A DNA stretch of 61,591 nucleotides from Candidatus Omnitrophota bacterium. GTDB lineage: Bacteria; Omnitrophota; Gorgyraeia; Gorgyraeales; Gorgyraeaceae. The stretch is taken from the NCBI GenBank assembly GCA_018896815.1, contig JAHILY010000005.1, positions 1-61,591 of the forward strand, read 5' to 3'. The position numbers and the translations under genes are program-made. The notes beneath the pieces were generated by a model. The model saw only the letters and a list, made by a program, of their open reading frames with translations. It was not told the origin of the DNA and searched no databases. Positions within the stretch are counted from its first letter, which is position 1. Each line of letters begins with the position of its first letter. This document shows positions 7,866 through 16,631 of this stretch, in pieces.

Positions 7866-8995
7866 ATATTCTAATCAATGGTAAAAAAGAAGAGTTAAAA
7901 GATGTTGTTACAGTGGCTAAGCTTTTAGAGCAGAAAAAGATCAGACCTGAGGTCGTGACTGTAGAATTGAACGATAAGATCATAGAAAAGAGCAAATATA
8001 ATGAAATCCAGCTCAAGGACAATGACAGAGTGGAGTTTGTCTATTACATGGGAGGCGGATCCGGAAATAATTCCAAGCTGATGGAAAATGTCCTGGAGTC
8101 GATAGGCAATACGCCCATGGTGAAACTTAATAAGATTGTAACCGAAGATATGGCCCGCATATTCGCAAAACTCGAGTTTTTTAACCCAGGCAGCAGCGTC
8201 AAAGACAGGATATGCCTTTCTATGATCGAGGATGCTGAAAACAAGGGGCTTCTTTCCAAGGGTTCCACCATAATCGAGCCCACAAGCGGAAATACCGGGA
8301 TAGGTCTTGCAATGATTTGTGCTGTCAAAGGCTATAAATGCATAATCACTATGCCCGAGACAATGAGTCTCGAGAGAATCTATATACTCAGGTCTTTCGG
8401 CGCCGAGGTCATTCTTACTTCGGGCGCAGAAGGCATGAAGGGCTCTATTAAAAAAGCTGAAGAGTTACTAAAGAAGACACCAGTGAGTTTTATGCCCCAG
8501 CAGTTCAAGAATAAGGCAAATCCTGCTATTCATAGAGAGACAACGGCCAAAGAGATATTGGATAGCACTGATGGCAAAGTGGATGCGTTTGTTGCCGGCA
8601 TAGGAACAGGGGGGACTATAACAGGCGTAGGAGAAGTTTTAAAGAAACATAACCCTGATGTTAAGATAATAGGGGTCGAACCAGCATCGAGTGCTGTGTT
8701 GTCTGGAAAAGGACCTGGGCCGCATAAGATTCAGGGAATCGGCGCGGGATTTGTACCGGATGTTTTAAATCGTCAGGTAATCGATGAGATAATTCAGGTT
8801 AAGGACAGTGATGCTTTTAAAACCTCAAGGAGATTAGCCAGGGAAGAAGGATTGTTTGTCGGTATATCAGCAGGCGCAGCAGCATGGGCAGCTATAAAGG
8901 TGGCAAAAAATCTTGACAAAGAAAAAAGGGTGGTCGTGATTTTTCCTGATACTGGTGAGAGATATTTTTCAATGCAGCAGTATTTCGAGGCATAG
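7862..8995 (+). CDS. ThiS-like sulfur-carrier domain fused to cysteine synthase (CysK/CysM family)
   Basis: Residues 1-66 are ThiS-sized and end ...[10 protein letters not shown] (8051-8059). Linker SGNNSKL, then [12 protein letters not shown]...NPGSSVKDR...GIGTGGT. Confidence 0.8.
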   Translation: MNILINGKKEELKDVVTVAKLLEQKKIRPEVVTVELNDKIIEKSKYNEIQLKDNDRVEFVYYMGGGSGNNSKLMENVLESIGNTPMVKLNKIVTEDMARIFAKLEFFNPGSSVKDRICLSMIEDAENKGLLSKGSTIIEPTSGNTGIGLAMICAVKGYKCIITMPETMSLERIYILRSFGAEVILTSGAEGMKGSIKKAEELLKKTPVSFMPQQFKNKANPAIHRETTAKEILDSTDGKVDAFVAGIGTGGTITGVGEVLKKHNPDVKIIGVEPASSAVLSGKGPGPHKIQGIGAGFVPDVLNRQVIDEIIQVKDSDAFKTSRRLAREEGLFVGISAGAAAWAAIKVAKNLDKEKRVVVIFPDTGERYFSMQQYFEA

Positions 8996-9006
8996 GGAGC
9001 AATTAT

Positions 9007-9864
9007 ATGACTGAATATAATATAAAAGAACTCAAGAGTGGTGGGTTGATGAAGCAGAAAGAAAAGGATATATTTTCTCTTCGTCTGCGTATAGTTGGAG
9101 GTTTTGTCAAATCCGAACAGCTGATCAAGCTTTCGGAGATAGCCGATAGATTTGGTAAAGGATATATACATTTGACCACAAGACAAGGCATTGAGATCCC
9201 GAACGTAAACATCAAAGACTTTGAGAAAGTTAAAAAGGAATTAAACGAAGCTGAGCTTCAGATGGGCGCATGTGGCCAGAGGGTAAGGACAGTAACTGCA
9301 TGCCAGGGAAAGGAATGCAGTCATGGCTTAATAGATTGTCTAATGCTCGCAAGAGAGATCGATCATAAATATTTTGGCATAGGCGGCCACCCTCATAAAT
9401 TTAAGATAGGGATTACTGGCTGTCCAAATGCATGTATTAAACCTCATGAAAATGACTTGGGCATATTAGGCAGATTAAAGAAAAGGTTCGTAAGAGAAAA
9501 GTGTAACTATTGCGGGCTCTGCGCAGAGATCTGTCCAGTAGGCGCAATAGAGGTGGATAAGGACGATGAGAAGATAGTATTTAATGCAGAGAAATGCATT
9601 GGATGCGGAGATTGTGTGTATTCCTGCCCGACTGATGCGTGGCAAAAAAGGCAGGAGGGCTATACTATTTTTGTCGGTGGCAAGATGGGAAAATTCCCGA
9701 AGCTCGGCATAAAGGCCTTTGACTTTATTGAGACAAAAGAAAAGGTCTTTGAGGTCATAGAAAAGACATTAGAGTTTTATAAAAAGTTCGGCAATAAAGG
9801 CGAGAGATTCAGGGAGACATTGGACAGAGTAGGAGTGGAGAAATACAAGGAGACGGTTTCATGA
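9007..9864 (+). CDS. Small sulfite/nitrite-reductase-like protein with ferredoxin insert (Dsr-like/AsrC-like)
   Basis: LTTRQGIEIPNV, CQGKECSHG, TGCPNACIKP siroheme/4Fe-4S-type motifs. Also 2 x CxxCxxCxxxCP (CNYCGLCAEICP, CIGCGDCVYSCP). Confidence 0.7.
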   Translation: MTEYNIKELKSGGLMKQKEKDIFSLRLRIVGGFVKSEQLIKLSEIADRFGKGYIHLTTRQGIEIPNVNIKDFEKVKKELNEAELQMGACGQRVRTVTACQGKECSHGLIDCLMLAREIDHKYFGIGGHPHKFKIGITGCPNACIKPHENDLGILGRLKKRFVREKCNYCGLCAEICPVGAIEVDKDDEKIVFNAEKCIGCGDCVYSCPTDAWQKRQEGYTIFVGGKMGKFPKLGIKAFDFIETKEKVFEVIEKTLEFYKKFGNKGERFRETLDRVGVEKYKETVS

Positions 9865-10097
9865 GTGATGCAGTGCCAAACGAAGTCTTGAACTTGGAGA
9901 ATATAGCGTGTCCGAATAATTTTGTCAGGACAAAATTGAAACTTGAGGAGATGGAAACTGGTCAGACACTGGAGGTAATTTTGGATGATGGCGAGCCCAT
10001 CAGAAATGTGCCTCGAGCCGTAAAGGAAGAAGGCCACGAGATTCTAAAGGCAGAAAAGATAGATAATAAATGGAAGATATTGATTAAAAAAATATGA
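9861..10097 (+). CDS. TusA/SirA-like sulfur-transfer protein
   Basis: 78 aa. N-terminal Cys in LENIACPNNFVRTKLKLEEM and ...LEVILDDGEPIRNVPRAVKEEGH, as in the TusA fold. Confidence 0.6.
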   Translation: MSDAVPNEVLNLENIACPNNFVRTKLKLEEMETGQTLEVILDDGEPIRNVPRAVKEEGHEILKAEKIDNKWKILIKKI

Positions 10098-10107
10098 GGT
10101 GATTACA

Positions 10108-11334
10108 ATGAGTTATGTAAAAGGATTAAAGTGCAGAGAATGCGGCAGGGAGTTTCCTAAAGAGGCCCTCTATGTATGCGAATATTGCTTTGGGCCATTA
10201 GAGGTAGACTATGATTATGAGAATATAAAGAAAAAGCTGACCAGGCAGGTTATAGAATCCCGACCCAAGAATCTCTGGCGCTACAGAGAGCTCCTGCCTA
10301 TTGATGGAGAGCCTACTGACGGCTTGAAATCAGGGTTTACTCCTTTGATAAGGGCAAGGAATCTGGAAAAGGTGCTCGGTGTAAAAGAGCTTTACTTAAA
10401 GGACGACTCTGTAAATCATCCCACGCTTTCCTTTAAGGATAGAGTGGTTGCAGTCGCCCTTTCAAAGGCGAAGGAGTTCGGCTTTAAGACTGTTGCATGC
10501 GCCTCAACAGGAAACCTTGCAAATTCTGTAGCAGCCCAGTCTGCTGTAGCTGGCCTGGAAAGATTTATATTTATACCAGCTGACCTTGAATCAGGCAAGG
10601 TTATAGGCACATTGATTTATAATCCTACTCTTATAGCAGTAGAGGGGAATTATGACCAGGTAAACAGGCTCTGTTCAGAGGTTGCAACAAAATATAAGTG
10701 GGCATTTGTGAATATAAATATAAGGCCTTATTATGCAGAGGGTTCAAAGACATATGGTTATGAGATTGCAGAGCAGTTAGGCTGGAGGACTCCTAAGCAT
10801 ATAATTGTCCCTTGCGCAGGAGGTTCTCTTATTACAAAGATCTGGAAGGGACTAAAGGAATTTAAAAATTTAGGACTGATAAATAAGGTTGATACTAAGA
10901 TTTATGCAGCCCAGGCAACTGGCTGTGCGCCAATTGTTACAGCGATAAAGGAGAATTCTGAGATCATAAAGCCTATCAAGCCCAATACCATTGCCAAATC
11001 ACTCGCAATAGGAAATCCTGCTGATGGCATGTATGCTGCTGCGACTGTAAAAGACTCTGGAGGCACTGCCGAAGATGTTACAGATGATGAAATCGTAGAG
11101 GCAATAAAGCTTTTGGCAGTTACAGAAGGTGTATTTACTGAGACAGCAGGAGGCGTGACACTCGGAGTTACAAAGAAACTCATCGAACAGGGAAAGATCC
11201 CCAAAGACGAAGCAATAGTCGTGTGCATAACAGGAAATGGCTTAAAGACACAGGAAGCAGTGGCTAAAAAAATAGGAAGACCTATAAAGATAAAACCAAA
11301 TATTGCTTCATTTGAAGAACATGTGAAGCTATAA
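10108..11334 (+). CDS. Threonine-synthase-like PLP enzyme with N-terminal Cys4 zinc ribbon
   Basis: CRECGREF...[10 protein letters not shown] ribbon, [11 protein letters not shown] lysine, [17 protein letters not shown] 10108 follows GAGGTG. Confidence 0.8.
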   Translation: MSYVKGLKCRECGREFPKEALYVCEYCFGPLEVDYDYENIKKKLTRQVIESRPKNLWRYRELLPIDGEPTDGLKSGFTPLIRARNLEKVLGVKELYLKDDSVNHPTLSFKDRVVAVALSKAKEFGFKTVACASTGNLANSVAAQSAVAGLERFIFIPADLESGKVIGTLIYNPTLIAVEGNYDQVNRLCSEVATKYKWAFVNINIRPYYAEGSKTYGYEIAEQLGWRTPKHIIVPCAGGSLITKIWKGLKEFKNLGLINKVDTKIYAAQATGCAPIVTAIKENSEIIKPIKPNTIAKSLAIGNPADGMYAAATVKDSGGTAEDVTDDEIVEAIKLLAVTEGVFTETAGGVTLGVTKKLIEQGKIPKDEAIVVCITGNGLKTQEAVAKKIGRPIKIKPNIASFEEHVKL

Positions 11335-11344
11335 AGGAGGTAAT

Positions 11345-11626
11345 ATGTCAGTTAAGGTAAGGATACCAACGCCTTTACAGAAACACACGAATAATCAAGG
11401 AGAGGTCAGTGCGGATGCCACGAATATAAGGAATCTCATCGAGACCCTTGAGAAGAATTTTCCAGGCATTAAAGAGAGGATCTGCGATGAGAGTGGCAAT
11501 ATCCGCAGATTTATCAATATCTATGTCAATGAAGAGGATGTGCGGTTTTTGCAAAAAGACGAAACCCCTCTTAAGGATGGCGATGAGGTCTCAATAATTC
11601 CAGCAATAGCAGGAGGCAGTCAATGA
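11345..11626 (+). CDS. CysO/MoaD-type sulfur-carrier protein with masked C-terminal Gly-Gly (..AIAGGSQ*)
   Basis: [14 protein letters not shown]...[14 protein letters not shown] closely resembles my recollection of M. tuberculosis CysO. Two extra residues follow the GG. Confidence 0.75.
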   Translation: MSVKVRIPTPLQKHTNNQGEVSADATNIRNLIETLEKNFPGIKERICDESGNIRRFINIYVNEEDVRFLQKDETPLKDGDEVSIIPAIAGGSQ

Positions 11627-12453
11627 AACTTACAGATGCGCAGATAGAGCGCTATTCAAGACAATTGATATTGCCTAACATAGGCGGCAAGGGCCAGGAA
11701 AAGATTTTAAACGCAAAGGTCCTGGTGATCGGCGCAGGAGGACTTGGTTCGCCTGCGTCGTTATATCTTGCGTCAGCTGGCGTGGGAAAGATCGGCATTG
11801 TGGATTCTGACAAGGTCGAGGTAAACAATCTCCAGAGACAGATAGTGCATTCCACAAGTACTGTTGGGAAGCCAAAGGTAGATTCTGCAAAAGAAAGACT
11901 CAATGCAATAAATCCCGAGATAGAGATAGTGCCTTTCAATCTACGGCTAACCTCTGCCAATATCATGGACATCATAAAGGACTATGATATTGTCGTGGAT
12001 GGCTCTGATAATTTTCCGACGAGGTTTCTTGTAAATGACGCATGTGTTCTGGCTAAGAAGCCTCTTTCGCACGGCGGCATATTCAGGTTTGACGGCCAGG
12101 CAATTACAATCTTGCCAGGTGAAAGTGCATGCTACAGGTGTCTTTTTCCTGAGCCGCCTCCGCCAGGCCTTGTTCCGAGCTGTCAGGAGGCAGGCATATT
12201 AGGTGTAGTTGCTGGGATAATAGGGACTATCCAGGCAAACGAGGTATTGAAATATATACTGAAAACAGGGGATCTTTTGACAGGAAGATTATTGGTGTTT
12301 AACGCGCTGGATTCGAGCTTCAGGCAGGTCAAGGTCCCTAAGGATCCGAATTGTCCGGTATGCGGCAAGAATCCGACTGTTACAGAATTGATAGATTATG
12401 AACAATTCTGTCAAGTGAAACCCAGGTCCGCCGCAGGCGGATCTGATGGCTGA
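11623..12453 (+). CDS. ThiF/MoeB/HesA-family E1-like adenylyltransferase
   Basis: [34 protein letters not shown] and CPVC zinc motifs. Confidence 0.85.
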   Translation: MKLTDAQIERYSRQLILPNIGGKGQEKILNAKVLVIGAGGLGSPASLYLASAGVGKIGIVDSDKVEVNNLQRQIVHSTSTVGKPKVDSAKERLNAINPEIEIVPFNLRLTSANIMDIIKDYDIVVDGSDNFPTRFLVNDACVLAKKPLSHGGIFRFDGQAITILPGESACYRCLFPEPPPPGLVPSCQEAGILGVVAGIIGTIQANEVLKYILKTGDLLTGRLLVFNALDSSFRQVKVPKDPNCPVCGKNPTVTELIDYEQFCQVKPRSAAGGSDG

Positions 12454-12459
12454 ACTTGT

Positions 12460-12568
12460 CCCCCCTGTTTTCTTTGTTTTCATCCCTAGAAATCGCGAAT
12501 GCGATTTCAGGGATTAAATCCCGGAAATTCTCCGAATTTCACGGGACAAAGAAAACAAAGAAGGGGGG
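12460..12568. repeat. Nested palindromic element, two-hairpin subtype (C6 ... G6 clamp)
   Basis: CCCCCCTGTTTTCTTTG... / ...CAAAGAAAACAAAGAAGGGGGG outer arms. Inner hairpins CCCTAGAAATCGC-GAAT-GCGATTTCAGGG and CCCGGAAATTC-TCC-GAATTTCACGGG. Same architecture as 44656-44766. Confidence 0.8.
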
Positions 12569-12605
12569 ATAATTCGCACCTTCATAGAAGTTAACCAGAG
12601 AAGAT

Positions 12606-12638
12606 GTAGTTACGAAAATCAAAGATTTTCATAACTAC
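12606..12638. repeat. GAAAATC-type hairpin module
   Basis: GTAGTTACGAAAATC-AAA-GATTTTCATAACTAC: 15-bp arms with one mismatch. Confidence 0.7.
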
Positions 12639-12665
12639 AGTGCTCATTAAAAAAAGGAGGAGGAC

Positions 12666-12905
12666 ATGCCAAAACTCATTGTACATCTAATATATCCACA
12701 GAAATTAATCAAAGAACCTGTAATCTACACCATGGCTAAAAAATATGATGTAATCCCGAATATCAGAAGGGCCAAGGTCACAGAGGAAATAGGCGAGATG
12801 ACACTGGAACTCAACGGCACAAAGGAAAACCTTGAGGCCGGCAGAAAGTATTTAGAAAAGACAGGAGTCAAAGTCGAACCAGTCGTAGGAGATATTGTTG
12901 AATAA
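12666..12905 (+). CDS. Stand-alone NIL-domain protein
   Basis: 79 aa, LIYPQKLIKEPVIY...NIRRAKV...GEMTLELNG resembles the MetN C-terminal NIL domain. Strong RBS AGGAGGAGG. Confidence 0.55.
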   Translation: MPKLIVHLIYPQKLIKEPVIYTMAKKYDVIPNIRRAKVTEEIGEMTLELNGTKENLEAGRKYLEKTGVKVEPVVGDIVE

Positions 12906-13827
12906 GAGAAAATTGTTGTTAGGTTGTTTTATTTTTTTAGCGGGAATCTCTTTTGTCGGTTGCAACCGCATGGAAAGCCTGGAGAAGATAGATCTAAGCG
13001 ATACGGTAGAGTTAGAAGAGATAAAATCCCTTCAAAGGCCTGAGATTAATATATGCGTAGGCTCTATGATTACGCCAGAAGAAGGCTACGCATATTACAA
13101 GAGACTGCTGGATTATATCGGGCAGAAACTGCACCTGAAAATAAATTTTGTTGAAAAAAGGACTTATAGAGAAGTGAACTCTTCTTTAAAAAATGGCAAT
13201 ATTGATGTGGCATTTGTATGTGGCGGGCCGTATGTAATGGGTCATGATGAGTTTGGCTTGGAACTTTTAACTGCTCCAGTGGTAAATGGCAAGCCATTAT
13301 ATTACTCTTATGTTATTGTTGGAAAGGACAGTAAGATTAATGACCTTCATGGATTAAAGGGAAAGACATTTGCCTTTGTGGACCCGATATCCAATACAGG
13401 CAAATTGATCCCTACCTATATGTTATATGAATTAGGAGAGACCCCTCAGAGTTTTTTCAAGGAATACTCGTATACCTATGGCCATGACAGATCAATCAAG
13501 GCCGTGGCTCAGGGCATAGTTAATGGGGCAGCTGTTGACAGTCTTATATGGGACTATATGGATAAAAATGGCAGCATCTATACCCAAAAGACAAGTATAA
13601 TCAAGGTTTCCGAGCCCTATGGTATTCCTCCGGTAGTGGTGCGGCCAGGGCTGGATGAGGGCCTAAAAGCAAAAATAAAAGATATTCTGTTGAATATGCA
13701 TAATAACGAAGAAGGAAAAGAGATACTTAAGGGCATGTTCATTGATAGATTCATCGAGATAGACGATTCCAGCTATGATACAATAAGACACGTCAGGGAG
13801 AGTGTTATAAAAAGAGATCCTGATTAG
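12895..13827 (+). CDS. PhnD-like periplasmic substrate-binding lipoprotein
   Basis: Lipobox LAGISFVGC. FVCGGPYV...YYSYVIVGKDS...LKGKTFAFVDPISNTGKL matches phosphonate/phosphite-type binding proteins. Confidence 0.6.
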   Translation: MLNKRKLLLGCFIFLAGISFVGCNRMESLEKIDLSDTVELEEIKSLQRPEINICVGSMITPEEGYAYYKRLLDYIGQKLHLKINFVEKRTYREVNSSLKNGNIDVAFVCGGPYVMGHDEFGLELLTAPVVNGKPLYYSYVIVGKDSKINDLHGLKGKTFAFVDPISNTGKLIPTYMLYELGETPQSFFKEYSYTYGHDRSIKAVAQGIVNGAAVDSLIWDYMDKNGSIYTQKTSIIKVSEPYGIPPVVVRPGLDEGLKAKIKDILLNMHNNEEGKEILKGMFIDRFIEIDDSSYDTIRHVRESVIKRDPD

Positions 13828-13836
13828 AGGTAACTT

Positions 13837-15192
13837 GTGAAGAGCATACGGTCAAAACTTATTTTCTGGGTCGCGGTATTGTTTATATTTATAGGCCTGT
13901 CTATATATCTGCCTCTTTCGATCATACTGCCGGAGAAAATTACGTCCCAGGTCATTAAAAGGGATGTGGATATTGCGAAATTCCTCTCCAATGAAACGAA
14001 GAGTCTTTTGCTACTCGACGACAAAATTGCACTTTCAATACTCCTGCATGATAATCTGGATAGATTAGAGGATGTGCAGTATTTATTTGTTCGCGGTCCT
14101 GAGGAAAAAATAATATCCCATACATTTAATAAAGGATTTCCAAAAGGACTTTTGTCATTTAATCCAGGTTCATATCCGCATAGCGTGAAAGGGTTTTTAA
14201 GCAATAACAGGCGTCTTTACGACATAGCTATACCGATATTAGAAGGAGAGCTGGGAACCCTTCATATGGGCATTTCTTTAGAGTCTGGCAAAAAGGATAT
14301 CGCGGAGATTGCAAAGATAAATTATTATGTAGCGATTGTTATTCTTATAGGTCTAGGCATAGGCATCGTTGTATTTTTAATCATAGGGATTTTATTTTCA
14401 AACCAGATCATAAGATTGAAAAACTTCGCTTCCAGGATCGGAGGCGGGGATTTAGAGGCAAAGATCGACATAAAATCAAAGGACGAGATAGGGGAATTGA
14501 CAACGGCATTTAATGAAATGGTCGGGCACTTAAAGGAGAACATACAGGAAATCAAGAGACTAAATACAGTGGAAGAACGTAACAGGATCGCCCTTGACCT
14601 GCACGATGGTTGCGCGCAGGACCTGGCCAATATTATAAAAAGGATCGAGCTCAGCGAGAGACTTTATAAGATCGACCCTGCGAAGGCTATCGAGGAGCTG
14701 GCGTTATTAAGAGAAAGCACAAAGGACCTTTTAAACAGGACGCGTCAGGTGATATTTGATCTCAAGTCGCCAGAAGAGACAGATTTTAATATAGTGGATA
14801 ATTTAAATAGTTATCTCATAGAGTATAAGAAAAGTAACAACATAGATGTTAATCTAAATATCTCCGGCTCAATAGATGGTATCGTGAACAAAAAATCAGT
14901 TTTTTATATCATTCGAGAGGCGCTTGCCAATGTAAAGAAGCATAGCATGGCAAGAAAAGTGGACCTGAGTTTAGTGGCAAATAATGGCAGCAACCTAAAG
15001 ATATTTATCAAGGATGACGGAAAGGGTTTTAATGTAAATCGCACAGAACTATCTGGTTCAAGTTCTGGCAAGTGGGGCCTTGCAGGTATGCGCCAGAGGG
15101 CAAGTTCTTTAGGCGGGACATTTGTTATTGAGTCTGTACCCGAACAAGGTACAATGGTTTCTATAGATATCCCTCTTAAGGAGAGGAGTTAG
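13837..15192 (+). CDS. Sensor histidine kinase (HAMP, HisKA_3, HATPase; NarX/DegS type)
   Basis: Two TM segments, HAMP (ELTTAFNEM), ERNRIALDLHDGCAQDL H-box, HATPase G-boxes. Confidence 0.8.
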   Translation: MKSIRSKLIFWVAVLFIFIGLSIYLPLSIILPEKITSQVIKRDVDIAKFLSNETKSLLLLDDKIALSILLHDNLDRLEDVQYLFVRGPEEKIISHTFNKGFPKGLLSFNPGSYPHSVKGFLSNNRRLYDIAIPILEGELGTLHMGISLESGKKDIAEIAKINYYVAIVILIGLGIGIVVFLIIGILFSNQIIRLKNFASRIGGGDLEAKIDIKSKDEIGELTTAFNEMVGHLKENIQEIKRLNTVEERNRIALDLHDGCAQDLANIIKRIELSERLYKIDPAKAIEELALLRESTKDLLNRTRQVIFDLKSPEETDFNIVDNLNSYLIEYKKSNNIDVNLNISGSIDGIVNKKSVFYIIREALANVKKHSMARKVDLSLVANNGSNLKIFIKDDGKGFNVNRTELSGSSSGKWGLAGMRQRASSLGGTFVIESVPEQGTMVSIDIPLKERS

Positions 15193-15194
15193 AT

Positions 15195-15848
15195 ATGTCA
15201 GATACTATAAGAGTATTTTTGTGCGATGATCATACGTTGTTTCGGCAGGGCATAAGGAAACTATTAACATTAGAAAATGATATCAAGGTAGTAGGCGAAG
15301 CAGATAATGGTCTGGATATGATCCCGATGCTGAAGAAAAAAGGGCCTGATGTGATACTGCTGGATATTGGCATGCCTAAAATGGATGGGGTTACTGCTAC
15401 CTATAAGGTTAAAAAACTCATGCCGCATTTGGAAATCATCATCCTCACGGTGTATGAAGACGAGCCGCACATCTTTGAGGCAATTAAGGCAGGCGCAAAG
15501 GGATATTTATTAAAGGACGTTTCCATAGATGACCTTTTAAAGGCGATCCGCAGGGTCTATAAAGGCGAGGCCTTGATTCAGCCTGTAATAGCAGCCAAGG
15601 TCTTAAAAGAGTTTGCCATGCTTGATAAGAGGAAGATAAAAGAAGGCGACAGGTTTTATAACGAGCTGACAGAAAGAGAAAAAGAGATCCTGCGCTTGAT
15701 CGCACTGGGAGGAGCCAATAAAGAAATAGCCAAAAAACTCGGAATCGTAGAAAAGACTGTAAAAAACCATATTTCTAATATCTTTCAAACCCTCCATGTC
15801 AATAACCGCACCAAGGCCGCCCTGTACGTCATAGACAAGAAGCTATAG
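15195..15848 (+). CDS. NarL/FixJ-family response regulator (REC plus LuxR HTH)
   Basis: VFLCDDH...VILLDIGMPKMDG receiver. LTEREKEILRLIALGGANKEIAKKLGIVEKTVKNH HTH. Confidence 0.85.
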   Translation: MSDTIRVFLCDDHTLFRQGIRKLLTLENDIKVVGEADNGLDMIPMLKKKGPDVILLDIGMPKMDGVTATYKVKKLMPHLEIIILTVYEDEPHIFEAIKAGAKGYLLKDVSIDDLLKAIRRVYKGEALIQPVIAAKVLKEFAMLDKRKIKEGDRFYNELTEREKEILRLIALGGANKEIAKKLGIVEKTVKNHISNIFQTLHVNNRTKAALYVIDKKL

Positions 15849-15977
15849 GACTAAAGTCCCAGAGGAAGCTAGGTCTTTATATTTTGGCTAAATGGGACCT
15901 TTGCCTCTTGTTGGTATTCTTTATATATATACAATATAGCTAATATTCCTATTTTATATTAGGGAGAGTAGTGTTTC

Positions 15978-16631
15978 ATGAAGTGGTTTATCTCACATAA
16001 TACAATACGATCATCTTTTCAACTAACACTTGAGAAAGAGTGTGGCGAGAAAGTCAGCCACTGTTATCAGTGCGGCAAGTGCTCTGCAGGATGTCCTATT
16101 GCTTTCCAGATGGATTATCTCCCAAACCAGATTATACGAATGACCCAGCTCGGCATGGAACAACAGGTACTGTCCAGCAGGACCATATGGCTTTGTGCAT
16201 CATGTCTTACCTGCACTGTCAGATGCCCTCGCGAGATAGATATAGCAGAGATAATGGATTATCTAAGGCGGCAGGCGTATAAAAAAGGCATTATCCCTGT
16301 GGAAGAGACCGAGATACCTCTTTTCAATAAGATTTTTTTGAGAAATATCGAACTTTTTGGGAGACTTTATGAGATGGGCCTGATAGGCATGTTTAATATG
16401 TTGAGCGGGGAGTTTTTTAAAGACGTGTTTCTGGCCCCAAAGATGTTTCTTAAACAAAAGATCAGTATCTTCCCTCCAAGGGTTAAAAACATAAAAGAGA
16501 CAAGGGCTATTTTTAAAAGATCAGGAAAATTAGGCAAGGCGCACAGAGACAAGCTTCTTAATCCAAGGCTTTTATTTTTGAATCTATCCAGAAAGATCAT
16601 AGGAAAGATAGCTAAGCGAGATAATTCATGA
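15978..16631 (+). CDS. hdrC: Heterodisulfide reductase subunit C-like
   Basis: CYQCGKCSAGCP and CASCLTCTVRCP motifs. Precedes hdrB and hdrA. Confidence 0.75.
   Translation: MKWFISHNTIRSSFQLTLEKECGEKVSHCYQCGKCSAGCPIAFQMDYLPNQIIRMTQLGMEQQVLSSRTIWLCASCLTCTVRCPREIDIAEIMDYLRRQAYKKGIIPVEETEIPLFNKIFLRNIELFGRLYEMGLIGMFNMLSGEFFKDVFLAPKMFLKQKISIFPPRVKNIKETRAIFKRSGKLGKAHRDKLLNPRLLFLNLSRKIIGKIAKRDNS

Noticed and set aside
11345-12453. Reading the CysO-like carrier and the E1 simply as moaD/moeB of the Moco pathway
   Set aside because: They are 23-30 kb from the moa/moe/mob genes and have no moaE neighbour. They are embedded with cysH, cysK, sulfite reductase, TusA and a JAMM peptidase, and the carrier resembles CysO. 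A dual role cannot be excluded without the whole genome.
16040-16282. 80-aa same-strand overlapping ORF inside hdrC. Similar cases: 57671-58030 in tatC, 30236-30460 in the Mo subunit, 39841-40074 and 40537-40752 in fdhA, 56765-56953 in thi4, 58698-59048.
   Set aside because: All are out-of-frame ORFs nested in well-supported genes. They have no RBS and an Arg/Ser/Pro-rich composition typical of shifted frames.
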